Source: Acholeplasmataceae bacterium
GTDB taxonomy: Bacteria; Bacillota_I; Bacilli_A; Acholeplasmatales; Acholeplasmataceae
Length of the DNA: 64,000 nucleotides
NCBI GenBank assembly: GCA_018399615.1
Contig: JAGYNT010000001.1
Span: 468 to 64,467 of the forward strand
Reading direction: 5' to 3'
The position numbers and the translations under genes were made by a program. Each line of letters starts with the position of its first letter. Position 1 is the stretch's first letter. The notes below the pieces were generated by a model that saw only the letters and a program-made list of their open reading frames with translations, did no database searches and had not been told where the DNA came from. Of the stretch, positions 1 to 8,094 are shown piece after piece.

Positions 1-828
1 CGTTCCGAGCCAGAAGAAGACATCGTTCATCCCGTAGTTCGCAAGTGCGAACATTTCACGGTTGATACGGATGAAAAGATAGAGCGCACCCTTGACGATC
101 AACCCGGAGAGAAGCGCGGAAATCGTCGACTGGGCGACTCCGTGCGCCCGTGGCAACCATGTGAAGATGGGAAAAAGCGCAGCCTTCACGCTGATTCCGC
201 TCATCATGAACACATAGGCGAGTTTGACCGTATCGGTCCCGCTGTGAAAAGCCATTTCTTCCTTCAGAATCGCGATATTGATCGTGCCATAGGCGTAATA
301 GATCAAAATGATCCCGATCAGGAAAAACATCGCGGCAACCGTGTTCAAAAGCAGATAATAAATCCCGGCACGAAAGGATTTCCCCGTTTTCTTGTAGACG
401 ATCAGAATGGTTACGAGTACGGTCGTCAGTTCGAGAAAGACGAACAGATTGAAAAGATCGTTGGTCTGAAGAAGGGCCAGAAAGACGCCTTCGAGAAACA
501 TGAGAAAGAAGATGAACTGGGTTTGGCCTTTGTTCGTCTTGTACGTGTAGAGCGTGATGACCGTCCACATCAGAATCGACAGACCGACGAATGTCAGTGA
601 GAGCGCGTCATTGAAAAAACTGATGGCGAAACGCGCATTCAGACTCCCGAAGACGAGCATGGCGTCTTCCGGGTGACCGTTGATGTGCAAGGCGTAGAGG
701 ATGAACAAAGCGATCAGGGAAAGCTGAGCCAAAAAGATGATCTTGACGGAACGTTCATCTTTGAAAAGATAGACGATCAGTGACGCGAGGATCGGCAGAA
801 ATACGAAGAGAATCGGTGTATAGACCAT
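1..828 (-). CDS. mrpD: Mrp/Mnh-type cation:proton antiporter subunit D (NuoN/NuoM-like), N-terminal 276 codons; gene continues beyond window start
   Basis: Absent from the ORF track because it has no stop inside the window. Hand translation of the minus strand from ATG 828-826 gives MVYTPILFVFLPILASLIVYLFKDERSVKIIFLAQLSLIALFILYALHINGHPEDAMLVFGSLNARFAISFFNDALSLTFVGLSILMWTVITLYTY... I translated 828-541 without a stop. Continuation to nt 1 is inferred and not fully checked. It starts 1 nt after the mrpC stop. Confidence 0.8.
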   Translation of the reverse strand, partial: MVYTPILFVFLPILASLIVYLFKDERSVKIIFLAQLSLIALFILYALHINGHPEDAMLVFGSLNARFAISFFNDALSLTFVGLSILMWTVITLYTYKTNKGQTQFIFFLMFLEGVFLALLQTNDLFNLFVFLELTTVLVTILIVYKKTGKSFRAGIYYLLLNTVAAMFFLIGIILIYYAYGTINIAILKEEMAFHSGTDTVKLAYVFMMSGISVKAALFPIFTWLPRAHGVAQSTISALLSGLIVKGALYLFIRINREMFALANYGMNDVFFWLGT

Positions 829-829
829 G

Positions 830-1159
830 TCAATCCTCCTTGTTCAAGACGATCTTCCATTCGATGCTGCCGTAATGATGAAAGATCTTGATGCAGAGCA
901 TGAGCGCGAGCGACGTGATCGTCGAGCCGATGACGATCGTCGTGATCATGAGTGCCTGCGGGAGCGGATCGACGACATCGGCGTTTCCATCGCTTAAAAT
1001 CGGGATGGCTCCGCCTTCGAGATTCCCGAGGTTCAGAAACAGCAAAATGATACCCGCTTCGATGATCGTCACGCAAAAGACGGACTTGATGATGTTTTTG
1101 CTCGTTGCCAGACCGTAAACGCCGATCAGGATGACGATGAAAGTCAGAATCGGATTCAT
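830..1159 (-). CDS. mrpC: Mrp/Mnh antiporter subunit C (NuoK-like)
   Basis: 109-aa ORF with three hydrophobic helices (MNPILTFIVILIGVYGLATSKNIIKSV...). It is tightly packed between the B-like and D subunits. Confidence 0.85.
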   Translation of the reverse strand: MNPILTFIVILIGVYGLATSKNIIKSVFCVTIIEAGIILLFLNLGNLEGGAIPILSDGNADVVDPLPQALMITTIVIGSTITSLALMLCIKIFHHYGSIEWKIVLNKED

Positions 1160-1893
1160 TAGCGTCCCTCCTTGAGAAAAGCCGTGAAAATGGCGACGAG
1201 TCCGAGCGAGACTTTCGCGCCGATGATGACGTTCAAAAGCATCAGGTAGATCGCCTTGATCGCCACGTTTTCATGCGTGATGAAGTTCGTAAACGGACGA
1301 CCGTCACGGGTCATGATGCTCAAAAGCGAAAGCGAGACGAGCAGAATGAAAAGAAACTTCTCGATCGTGAGAATGGTTTTCACGTCGATCGTCTTCGTGA
1401 TGTCGATATAGTAAAGGATCAGAATCGCGGTCGCGACGATCGCGCCTCCTTGAAAACCACCACCCGGCGACAAGTGCCCGTTGATGATGACATAGAGCCC
1501 GAAGGCGAGCATGATCGGGTAGAGCAACCTGCTGAACGTAATGAAGAGTTCGGGTGTCTTGTATTTGTCGAGCATGAAATTGGCGTTCTTTTCCTTGATC
1601 GTATGTTTCGAAATCCACATCACTCCGGAAACCGCGATCAAGAGAATCCCCGCTTCGAAGAGACTGTCGAACAGACGATAGTCGAGATAGATCGCCGTCA
1701 CGAAGTTCTTGCTTCCGGTTTCTTCGAAGACGTTCTCGGAGAAAAAGACTCTTCCGGCATTGTCGTAGATGAGATAGAGATCTTCCATGGAGATCACGAA
1801 CAAAAACAGGATGGCCGCGAGCAGCGGAACGAGTAGAAGTTTTTTAGTCAAGGCTGTCACCTTCCTTGAGCGCGATGACGACGATCCGGTCAT
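1159..1893 (-). CDS. mrpB: Mrp/Mnh antiporter MnhB-domain subunit
   Basis: Polytopic 244-aa ORF containing ...NGHLSPGGGFQGGAI..., which is typical of the MnhB domain. The real start is probably an internal TTG/GTG near 1850-1860, because 1844-1893 overlaps the upstream gene. Confidence 0.75.
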   Translation of the reverse strand: MTGSSSSRSRKVTALTKKLLLVPLLAAILFLFVISMEDLYLIYDNAGRVFFSENVFEETGSKNFVTAIYLDYRLFDSLFEAGILLIAVSGVMWISKHTIKEKNANFMLDKYKTPELFITFSRLLYPIMLAFGLYVIINGHLSPGGGFQGGAIVATAILILYYIDITKTIDVKTILTIEKFLFILLVSLSLLSIMTRDGRPFTNFITHENVAIKAIYLMLLNVIIGAKVSLGLVAIFTAFLKEGR

Positions 1894-2392
1894 TGTCTTT
1901 CACGAGTTTATCGAGTTTGGTCATAAGGACGCTGCTGTGCTTACCTTTCAGGATGTAACGATCGTTTTCGATGTCATGGCTGATAATCAGATCGACATTG
2001 AGCTGGCTTGTAAGGGTGGACTCGTCTCCCTCGATGTCACAACAGACGTTCAGACGCAAGTCATAGGTCAAAACGAAATCGTTTAGGACATCGTAGACGT
2101 CGCCGACCAAGGACTGATTGGGATCGATGAAACCGTGCAAGGAACGGTCGAGCACGATGAACTCGCGTTGTCTTGAGATCGAGATAACGTAGATCAGAGG
2201 AATGATGGCGGAGCCGATCGCGACTTCCGCGATCGCGACATCGGGAGCCTTGTTGATGGCGTAAAGGGTCGCGGCGATCAGCGAAAACGTCGAGAAAAGG
2301 ATGATGATCGTGAAGTTCTTTTCGTGCAGAACGATCGCCAAAGCGACGAGAATGAGAAGAATCTGCAAGATCAACGGGATGAGGTCGCTCAT
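1844..2392 (-). CDS. MbhD/DUF4040-like small membrane subunit fused to a ~100-aa hydrophilic C-terminal tail
   Basis: The N-terminal ~80 aa are hydrophobic helices (MSDLIPLILQILLILVALAIVLHEKNFTIIILFSTFSLIAATLYAINKAPDVAIAEVAIGSAIIPLIYVISISRQRE). The remainder is soluble-looking (LDRSLHGFIDPNQ...KEGDSLD). It has a 4-nt overlap with mrpG. Confidence 0.55.
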   Translation of the reverse strand: MSDLIPLILQILLILVALAIVLHEKNFTIIILFSTFSLIAATLYAINKAPDVAIAEVAIGSAIIPLIYVISISRQREFIVLDRSLHGFIDPNQSLVGDVYDVLNDFVLTYDLRLNVCCDIEGDESTLTSQLNVDLIISHDIENDRYILKGKHSSVLMTKLDKLVKDNDRIVVIALKEGDSLD

Positions 2393-2691
2393 GCTTTGCC
2401 CTCCTTGCCGGATATCGGTATGCCCGTCAGATAGGCGGAACGGATGTTGACGTGTGAACTGATCGGATTCGTGATCAGCAAAAAGAGAATCAGGATGATC
2501 AGACGGAGAATGAAGTCGAAACCGCCGGAAACGAACATGAGTGCGATCAGCACCAGAAAACTCGCGACGGTGTCGATGGTCGCGGACGTCAGAATGCGCG
2601 TATACATGTTTTTCAAAGAGAAGATCGCGACCATGCCGAATAGGATGAAAAGCCAGGCAAGAACGAGGATCGCGTAGGTGAGATAGATCAT
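2389..2691 (-). CDS. mrpG: Mrp/Mnh antiporter subunit G
   Basis: Track ORF 2389..2949 is over-extended, with an R/H/D-rich N-terminus. The hydrophobic MnhG-like sequence starts at internal ATG 2691 (MIYLTYAILVLAWLFILFGMVAIFSL...) and overlaps the mrpF stop by 4 nt. Confidence 0.8.
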   Translation of the reverse strand: MIYLTYAILVLAWLFILFGMVAIFSLKNMYTRILTSATIDTVASFLVLIALMFVSGGFDFILRLIILILFLLITNPISSHVNIRSAYLTGIPISGKEGKA

Positions 2692-2963
2692 TTTTCCCGT
2701 CCTCCCGTCATGATGAACTTGGATAAAAGCGTCATCGTCAAAAAGCCGATGATGCCGTAGGAGATCGCGATATCGAGAAGGATGACGTTTTTCTCGATCA
2801 TGGCATAGATCGCGAGAAAGATGATGACCTTGGCCGAGATCAGATTGAGCATGAGAATCCGATCCCAGATCGTCGGACCTTTGAGAAGACGGATGAAGGA
2901 TGCGATGACGGCGAGGATCAGAACGGCCAGGGTGATATTGAGAAACCAATCAAGCGTTGTCAT
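2688..2963 (-). CDS. mrpF: Mrp/Mnh antiporter subunit F
   Basis: 91-aa three-helix ORF (MTTLDWFLNITLAVLILAVIASFIRLLKGPTIWDRILMLNLISAKV...) resembling MnhF. Confidence 0.8.
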   Translation of the reverse strand: MTTLDWFLNITLAVLILAVIASFIRLLKGPTIWDRILMLNLISAKVIIFLAIYAMIEKNVILLDIAISYGIIGFLTMTLLSKFIMTGGREK

Positions 2964-3453
2964 GTCGACCCTCCGTTTTCAGCAGTCTTTCGAACTTGTC
3001 GCGAATCGGCTTTTCGAGTGTTTTCAAATCCGTATTCGGTTTGGCCAATGTCAGGACATAGATCTTGGATCCATCGATTTCCACGGTAATCGTTCCGGGT
3101 GTCAACGTGATCGAATTGGCGACGATTCCGACCTGGACCGGATCTGGAAGGTCGAGCTCGATCGTGATGATGACGGGTTCGTACTGTTTGGAAAGAAGAT
3201 TTCCGATGTAGACGAAGGACGACTTGAAGATCTCAAAAAAAAGAGCGAGCAGGTAATAGGGAAGCTTGAGAAGTCGGATGCCGTGATAGCGAAAACCGTG
3301 CTCGTCATAGAGCACGTTGTTCGAAGCGAATGATACGATCAGTGAAACGAAGATTCCGAATAGGATCGTTTCGATCTTGAAATTCAGGTTGAGCAAGAAC
3401 CAGAAGACCAGGATGATGAGAAAGAAAGTAAGGCGCTGTCTGAAGAACGTCAT
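2950..3453 (-). CDS. mrpE: Mrp/Mnh antiporter subunit E
   Basis: 167-aa ORF and first gene of the cluster. It has N-terminal TM helices followed by an MnhE-like core (...ITLTPGTITVEIDGSKIYVLTL...). Confidence 0.75.
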   Translation of the reverse strand: MTFFRQRLTFFLIILVFWFLLNLNFKIETILFGIFVSLIVSFASNNVLYDEHGFRYHGIRLLKLPYYLLALFFEIFKSSFVYIGNLLSKQYEPVIITIELDLPDPVQVGIVANSITLTPGTITVEIDGSKIYVLTLAKPNTDLKTLEKPIRDKFERLLKTEGRHDNA

Positions 3454-3482
3454 ATGTCCCTCCGGGCGTCGTGATTACCAAG

Positions 3483-3491
3483 ATTATACCA
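3483..3491 (-). promoter_or_regulatory. Candidate extended -10 (TGgTATAAT) for the mrp cluster
   Basis: The minus strand reads ...gggttaTGgTATAATcttgg... about 30 nt upstream of the mrpE ATG. The -35 is weak. Confidence 0.35.
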
Positions 3492-3599
3492 TAACCCGAC
3501 ATGAAAAATCATCAATCAAAACCACCAAACCATACGTAATAATTCCAACAATCGGTGTTATACTTTAAAAAGAAAAACCAGGATTTAAGGGAGCATGCC

Positions 3600-4868
3600 A
3601 TGAAAGCGATGAAAAACGTCTCCACTCGACAGGCGAAGCGGATTCGACATGTCGATCAAACCGAAAAAGGAAGATTCTTTCGACGCCTCTGGCTTACGCC
3701 TTGAGTTTCCCCTCTTCGGTATCGCAAGCTCCAAAGTGAACAAGGTCGATATGAAGGCTGAAACCACCCTATGTGCTTTTATGCACGCATCATGCCTTTC
3801 ATCGATTTCAAGGTTACGACGAAAGCGATTTTTTCCTCATCGGCCAACTATGTGGTCGCGATCGACGGGTTCATCAAAGGAGTGGCTGCTTCGAAATGTC
3901 GGAGCGATCTGGAAAGCGCATTACCAATGACACGATGCTTTCCGCGCAGATCCGATACGCTCTGAATGAACTGAAGCAGATCGTCGCGATCTATCCGGAA
4001 GCACGTTACTCCTTGATCGGCAAGACGGCGATCCTTCCGGATTCGCTTTCCAAAATGGTCAAAGTTCTGAAGAAACATCCGTGTGGTCATGTTGAACATG
4101 CACGGCAATTATCTGACACAACCGGTCTGGAACTTGAAGATGCGCTATGTTCCCCTTGAGGCCGACATGACGCAAATCCTCTCCGTTGCGGACATCGAAA
4201 GACTGGATGTCGATACGATCAAGAAACGAATCGACGCCGCTTTCGAATATGACGAGTATCGATATCAAGCGGAAAAAAACATTCGTATCAAAGAACCTTT
4301 TCGGGCGGAGGGTTTGCATCGTGTGCTTTATCAATGTCCGAACTGCAAGAAGGAACACGTCATGGAGACAAAAGGAAAAGAGATTCGTTGTTCGGTATGC
4401 GGGAAAAGCTGGGAAATGCTGGAAAACGGAAGAATGCAAGCGAACGAGGGAAAAACGGAGTTTCCGCATATTCCCGATTGGTTCGATTTCCAGGCGAAAT
4501 CGGTCGATGAAGAGGTCAGAAAGGGGACGTACCGGTTCGAAGATGACGTCATGATCGAAGCGTTACCGAATGCGAAAGGATATATCGATCTTGGGAAAGG
4601 GCATCTCGTACATGACGAAAACGGATTCAGACTGACCGGTGTGAAAGATGGAAAACCTTTTGAACTCATCAAAGAACCGCTTTCGATGTACGGGCTTCAT
4701 ATCGAACTCGATTATTTCGGCAAGGGCGACTGCATCGACTTGTCGACCTTGGACGACACCTTCTACATTTATCCGATCAACAAAAACAATGTCGTGACGA
4801 AAATGCACTTTGCGACCGAGTCGCTCTACAAACTCAACAAGGAACGATTGGAACGTGAAAAGGCATGA
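3600..4868 (+). pseudogene. Long PlsC-type (1-acyl-sn-glycerol-3-phosphate/lysophospholipid) acyltransferase, reading frame disrupted
   Basis: RBS aagggag precedes ATG 3600. The recognisable protein must be stitched from frames 0,1,2,0,1,2,0. The pieces are MKAMKNVSTRQAKR.., GLRLEFPLFGIASSKVNKVDMKAETT, PPYVLLCTHHAF, IDFKVTTKAIF..NYVVAIDGFI, KEWLLRNVGAI, KRITNDTMLSAQIRYALNELKQIVAIYPEARYSLIGKTAILPDSLSKMVKVLKKHP, then the intact 261-aa tail (track ORF 4083..4868). The HX4D motif (HHAFID) spans one shift. Confidence 0.65.
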
Positions 4869-6166
4869 AGCGCGTGACGTGTGAAAGACTGACCGATTTT
4901 TCGTCATGTCTGCTCGACAATGGAAAGAAAGTCCGCTATGTGCTTCCCGGGGAAAGCTTTGATGAAGCCGATATCGAGAATGGATATGTGAATAATAAGA
5001 AGATTTTGAATCCGTCACCTTATCGTGTTAAAATTCCTTGTCCGATCTTTTTTTCCTGTGGTGGCTGTGATTACCTGCATATCAGTTACGCCGAACAACT
5101 CAGAATGAAAGAGCAATACGTGAAAGGGCTCTTTCCCAGGGTCGATCACGCTCGAATCGATTTAGTCATTGGTGCAAGCGATCCCTTTCATTACCGTCAT
5201 AAGGCGATCGCAACCGCAACGACGAAAGACAGACGCTTGAAGCTCGGTCTTTACACCGCCGGCAGTAAGAAAGTCATTCCATTTTTGGGATGTCAGATCC
5301 AGGACAAAGAGATCAATGCCTGTTTCAGGACGATCGAAGACGTCTTGAATCGATTTCGCATAACCGCATATGACATCGATTCCAATCAAGGAATCGTGAA
5401 GCACGTCGTCATTCGGAAATCATATCAAAGAAAAACGCTTTTGGTCACGTTCGTCACGAACGGGAATCTTTTTCCGAATCACAAGAAAATCATTTCAAGA
5501 GTTACATCCGAGCACCCCATGGTAAAAACCGTCGTGCAAAACATCCATAACCGGAAAACACCGGTCGTGCTCGAAGACAAAGAACGCCTTCTTTATGGCC
5601 CGAAGACGATCAAAGATGACATCGGCGACCTTTCATTCGAACTCTCTTCACGGTCCTTCTATCAGGTCCACCCGGTTCAGATGATCACGCTCTATCAAAA
5701 AGCGATTATGTTCGCTCAGTTGAAAAAGGACGATGTCGTCCTCGATCTTTACTCGGGAATCGGCACGATTTCACTGCTCGTGGCCAAACATGTCAAAAAG
5801 GTTGTCGCGGTTGAAAACAACCCCAAAGCACATGGGGATGCCGTGATGAACAAGAAGAGAAACGGTGTCGACAACATCGATTTCGTCTTAAGTGATGTCG
5901 AAAGCTACATGAATGAAATCGATCGGGTCATTGATTGTGTGATCATGGATCCTCCGCGCGAAGGTGCAACACCTTCCTTTCTTTCAACTTTGAAAAAGTT
6001 GAAACCAGGAAAAATCGTCTACATATCGTGTGATCCCAAGACTCAGGCTCGCGATATCAAAGCGTTGGAAGACACGTATCAAGTCGAACGGCTGGCGATC
6101 GTCGATATGTTTCCGCATACAAGACACGTTGAGACGGTGGCATTGCTTTCTTTAAAAACCGCTTAA
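4865..6166 (+). CDS. rlmCD: 23S rRNA (uracil-5-)-methyltransferase, RlmCD/RumA family (paralog 1)
   Basis: 433 aa with a Cys cluster (CPIFFSCGGCDYLH), a SAM fold (VLDLYSGIGTISL) and DPPREG. The C-terminus reads DMFPHTRHVETVALLSLKTA. Confidence 0.85.
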   Translation: MKRVTCERLTDFSSCLLDNGKKVRYVLPGESFDEADIENGYVNNKKILNPSPYRVKIPCPIFFSCGGCDYLHISYAEQLRMKEQYVKGLFPRVDHARIDLVIGASDPFHYRHKAIATATTKDRRLKLGLYTAGSKKVIPFLGCQIQDKEINACFRTIEDVLNRFRITAYDIDSNQGIVKHVVIRKSYQRKTLLVTFVTNGNLFPNHKKIISRVTSEHPMVKTVVQNIHNRKTPVVLEDKERLLYGPKTIKDDIGDLSFELSSRSFYQVHPVQMITLYQKAIMFAQLKKDDVVLDLYSGIGTISLLVAKHVKKVVAVENNPKAHGDAVMNKKRNGVDNIDFVLSDVESYMNEIDRVIDCVIMDPPREGATPSFLSTLKKLKPGKIVYISCDPKTQARDIKALEDTYQVERLAIVDMFPHTRHVETVALLSLKTA

Positions 6167-6190
6167 CAAAGACATTCATATAATAGTAGT

Positions 6191-6236
6191 AGAAGCATCT
6201 AACCCTTTCAAATGGGGTTAATTGCTTCTTTTTTTA
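6191..6236 (+). terminator. Rho-independent terminator after rlmCD paralog 1
   Basis: AGAAGCAtctAACCCtttcaaatGGGGTTaatTGCTTCTTTTTTT forms a nested stem followed by a T-run. Confidence 0.75.
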
Positions 6237-6301
6237 CTATTTGTGTATTGTCGAAGCATAAATATTTGCTCTAAGCATATAATTTCTCGTGTGCGGAAAC
6301 A

Positions 6302-6505
6302 TCATTTTTCTAAAAAATATATCACTACAACCCGATATTTCATCTTAGTTAAGCCATCTTTTGTGTGATATGTTCCCACAACGATTGGTTCGGTTTTTAA
6401 GAACTCTAATCGACGTTCTTTGAACTCTTTATCGAAATAATTCTTTGTGCCTTCGATACAATATACGATTTCATATGGACTCACAGAGATCATTTTGTAT
6501 GTCAA
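6302..6505 (-). CDS. Hypothetical small protein (doubtful)
   Basis: 67-aa ORF in the AT-rich patch. The track start is TTG, the first ATG gives MISVSPYEIVY..., and no clear RBS is visible. Confidence 0.2.
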   Translation of the reverse strand: MTYKMISVSPYEIVYCIEGTKNYFDKEFKERRLEFLKTEPIVVGTYHTKDGLTKMKYRVVVIYFLEK

Positions 6506-6720
6506 TAGGATTTAAATTTAACGCATTATGGGAACATATTTTCTGATGTGAAATGGCCTTTTTATACGAAAGGTTGTCTTGCACAACATATGTATCGAAA
6601 ATTGATCATTGATTGTATTAAAAAAACTCAATATTCCATAAAAGTAAGTAGCAGACTTCATCAAGTTCAAATGAATAATGAAACCACACCAATGGTGTGA
6701 CATATTGCACAATGATATAT

Positions 6721-6780
6721 AGACGGAATGCACAATAAAAATAAGACAGAATGCACATTAATAATAAGACAGAATGCACA
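6721..6780. repeat. Three direct repeats with 23-bp periodicity (AGAC[G/A]GAATGCACA core)
   Basis: Core copies lie at 6721-6734, 6744-6757 and 6767-6780. Copies 2 and 3 extend to ATAAGACAGAATGCACA. Confidence 0.85.
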
Positions 6781-6786
6781 ATATTA

Positions 6787-6815
6787 TTGATATTGTGAAG
6801 CCATGATGATATACT
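6787..6815 (+). promoter_or_regulatory. Sigma-70-type promoter TTGATA-17-TATACT for the ATPase gene
   Basis: TTGATA is at 6787-6792 and TATACT at 6810-6815, with a 17-nt spacer. It lies directly 3' of the repeat triplet and about 17 nt before ATG 6832. Confidence 0.55.
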
Positions 6816-6831
6816 GATATTGGGTGATATA

Positions 6832-8094
6832 ATGGAGAAATATTATAAAAGGATTATGGACAAAGTATTGCAAGATGAACTTATCGCATTCGGTGCTGTG
6901 CTGATTAATGGACCTAAATGGTGTGGAAAAACAACAACAGCTAAACAGTATGTAAAAAGCATATTGAATATGCAAGACCCTTCACGAAAGTCTAACTTCT
7001 TAAAAACCGCCAAAATAAACCCACTTATTTTGTTACAAGGTGAAACACCTAGGTTGATTGATGAATGGCAACTGGCGCCAGAACTTTGGGATGCTATTCG
7101 ACATGATATTGATGAGAAGCAAAAAGAGGGTTTATATATACTTACCGGATCATCTAAAGTGGATGAATCAAAAATCAGTCATTCAGGAGTTGGTAGAATT
7201 TCACGTGTTTTGATGAGAACAATGTCTTTGTATGAATCCACAGATTCCAATGGAGCAGTAAGTTTATCTGATTTATTTGATTCAAAGTCTTTTAACATGG
7301 CAAAATCAAATTTATCTATCAATGATATATCCAGATTAATTGTTCGAGGTGGATGGCCAAACAGTATTGGCAAGGACATTAAAGTTGCGATGAAGCAAGT
7401 TGCAGGTTATATCCAAACAATTGTTAAGACGGAAATTAAAACAATAGATGGTGTTGAAAGAGATGAAGCTAAAACATTAGCCGTGCTTAAATCACTTGCC
7501 AGACATACATCTACTCAAGCAACTGACGCAAAAATTGTTGCAGATGTGGAATTTAACCACTATACAATACATAGAAATACACTAAGTGATTATTTGAAAG
7601 TATTAAGAGAGTTATATATTATCGAAGACTTACCAGCATGGAGTCCTAAACTTAGAAGTAAAACAACAATAAGAACCTCGAATACAAGGCACTTCATTGA
7701 TCCAGCTTTTGCAGCATCATTATTAGGTGCAACACCAGATGACTTGTTAAGAGATATAGAAACAATGGGGTTATTATTCGAATCTCTAGTTATTAGAGAC
7801 TTAAGAGTATATACGGATTACTTAGGTGGATATGTTACGCATTATAGAGATAAATCAGGTCTTGAAGCGGATGCCATCATTCATCTCAATGATGGGAGAT
7901 GGGCAGCTGTCGAAGTAAAACTCGGTTCACATGATATTGATGAAGCAGCTAATCATTTGATTGAACTCGTTGATAAAGTTGATGTTAAAAAAGGGAGTGG
8001 ACCGACGTTTTTAATGGTAATAACAGGAACAGAATTTGGTTATCAAAGAGAAGATGGCGTTTATGTAGTTCCAATCGGATGTCTAAAGTATTAA
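6832..8094 (+). CDS. AAA+ ATPase of the AAA_14 / DUF4143 type
   Basis: Walker A is INGPKWCGKTTTAKQ. Length (~420 aa) and architecture fit ATPases with a C-terminal DUF4143. The track ORF starts at TTG 6820; ATG 6832 (MEKYYKRIMDK...) is preferred. Confidence 0.75.
   Translation: MEKYYKRIMDKVLQDELIAFGAVLINGPKWCGKTTTAKQYVKSILNMQDPSRKSNFLKTAKINPLILLQGETPRLIDEWQLAPELWDAIRHDIDEKQKEGLYILTGSSKVDESKISHSGVGRISRVLMRTMSLYESTDSNGAVSLSDLFDSKSFNMAKSNLSINDISRLIVRGGWPNSIGKDIKVAMKQVAGYIQTIVKTEIKTIDGVERDEAKTLAVLKSLARHTSTQATDAKIVADVEFNHYTIHRNTLSDYLKVLRELYIIEDLPAWSPKLRSKTTIRTSNTRHFIDPAFAASLLGATPDDLLRDIETMGLLFESLVIRDLRVYTDYLGGYVTHYRDKSGLEADAIIHLNDGRWAAVEVKLGSHDIDEAANHLIELVDKVDVKKGSGPTFLMVITGTEFGYQREDGVYVVPIGCLKY

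Noticed and set aside
56-600. Track ORFs 56..568 (-) and 142..600 (+) as genes
   Set aside because: Both are R/D/H/Q-rich with no hydrophobic pattern. A third frame on the minus strand encodes a clean NuoN/MrpD-like membrane protein that starts at 828 and leaves the window, which explains the region.
6518-6733. The 71-aa minus-strand ORF in the AT-rich patch
   Set aside because: Its composition is driven by AT-rich sequence (many F/I/N/K/H), it has no RBS, and it overlaps the palindrome/repeat region that looks regulatory.
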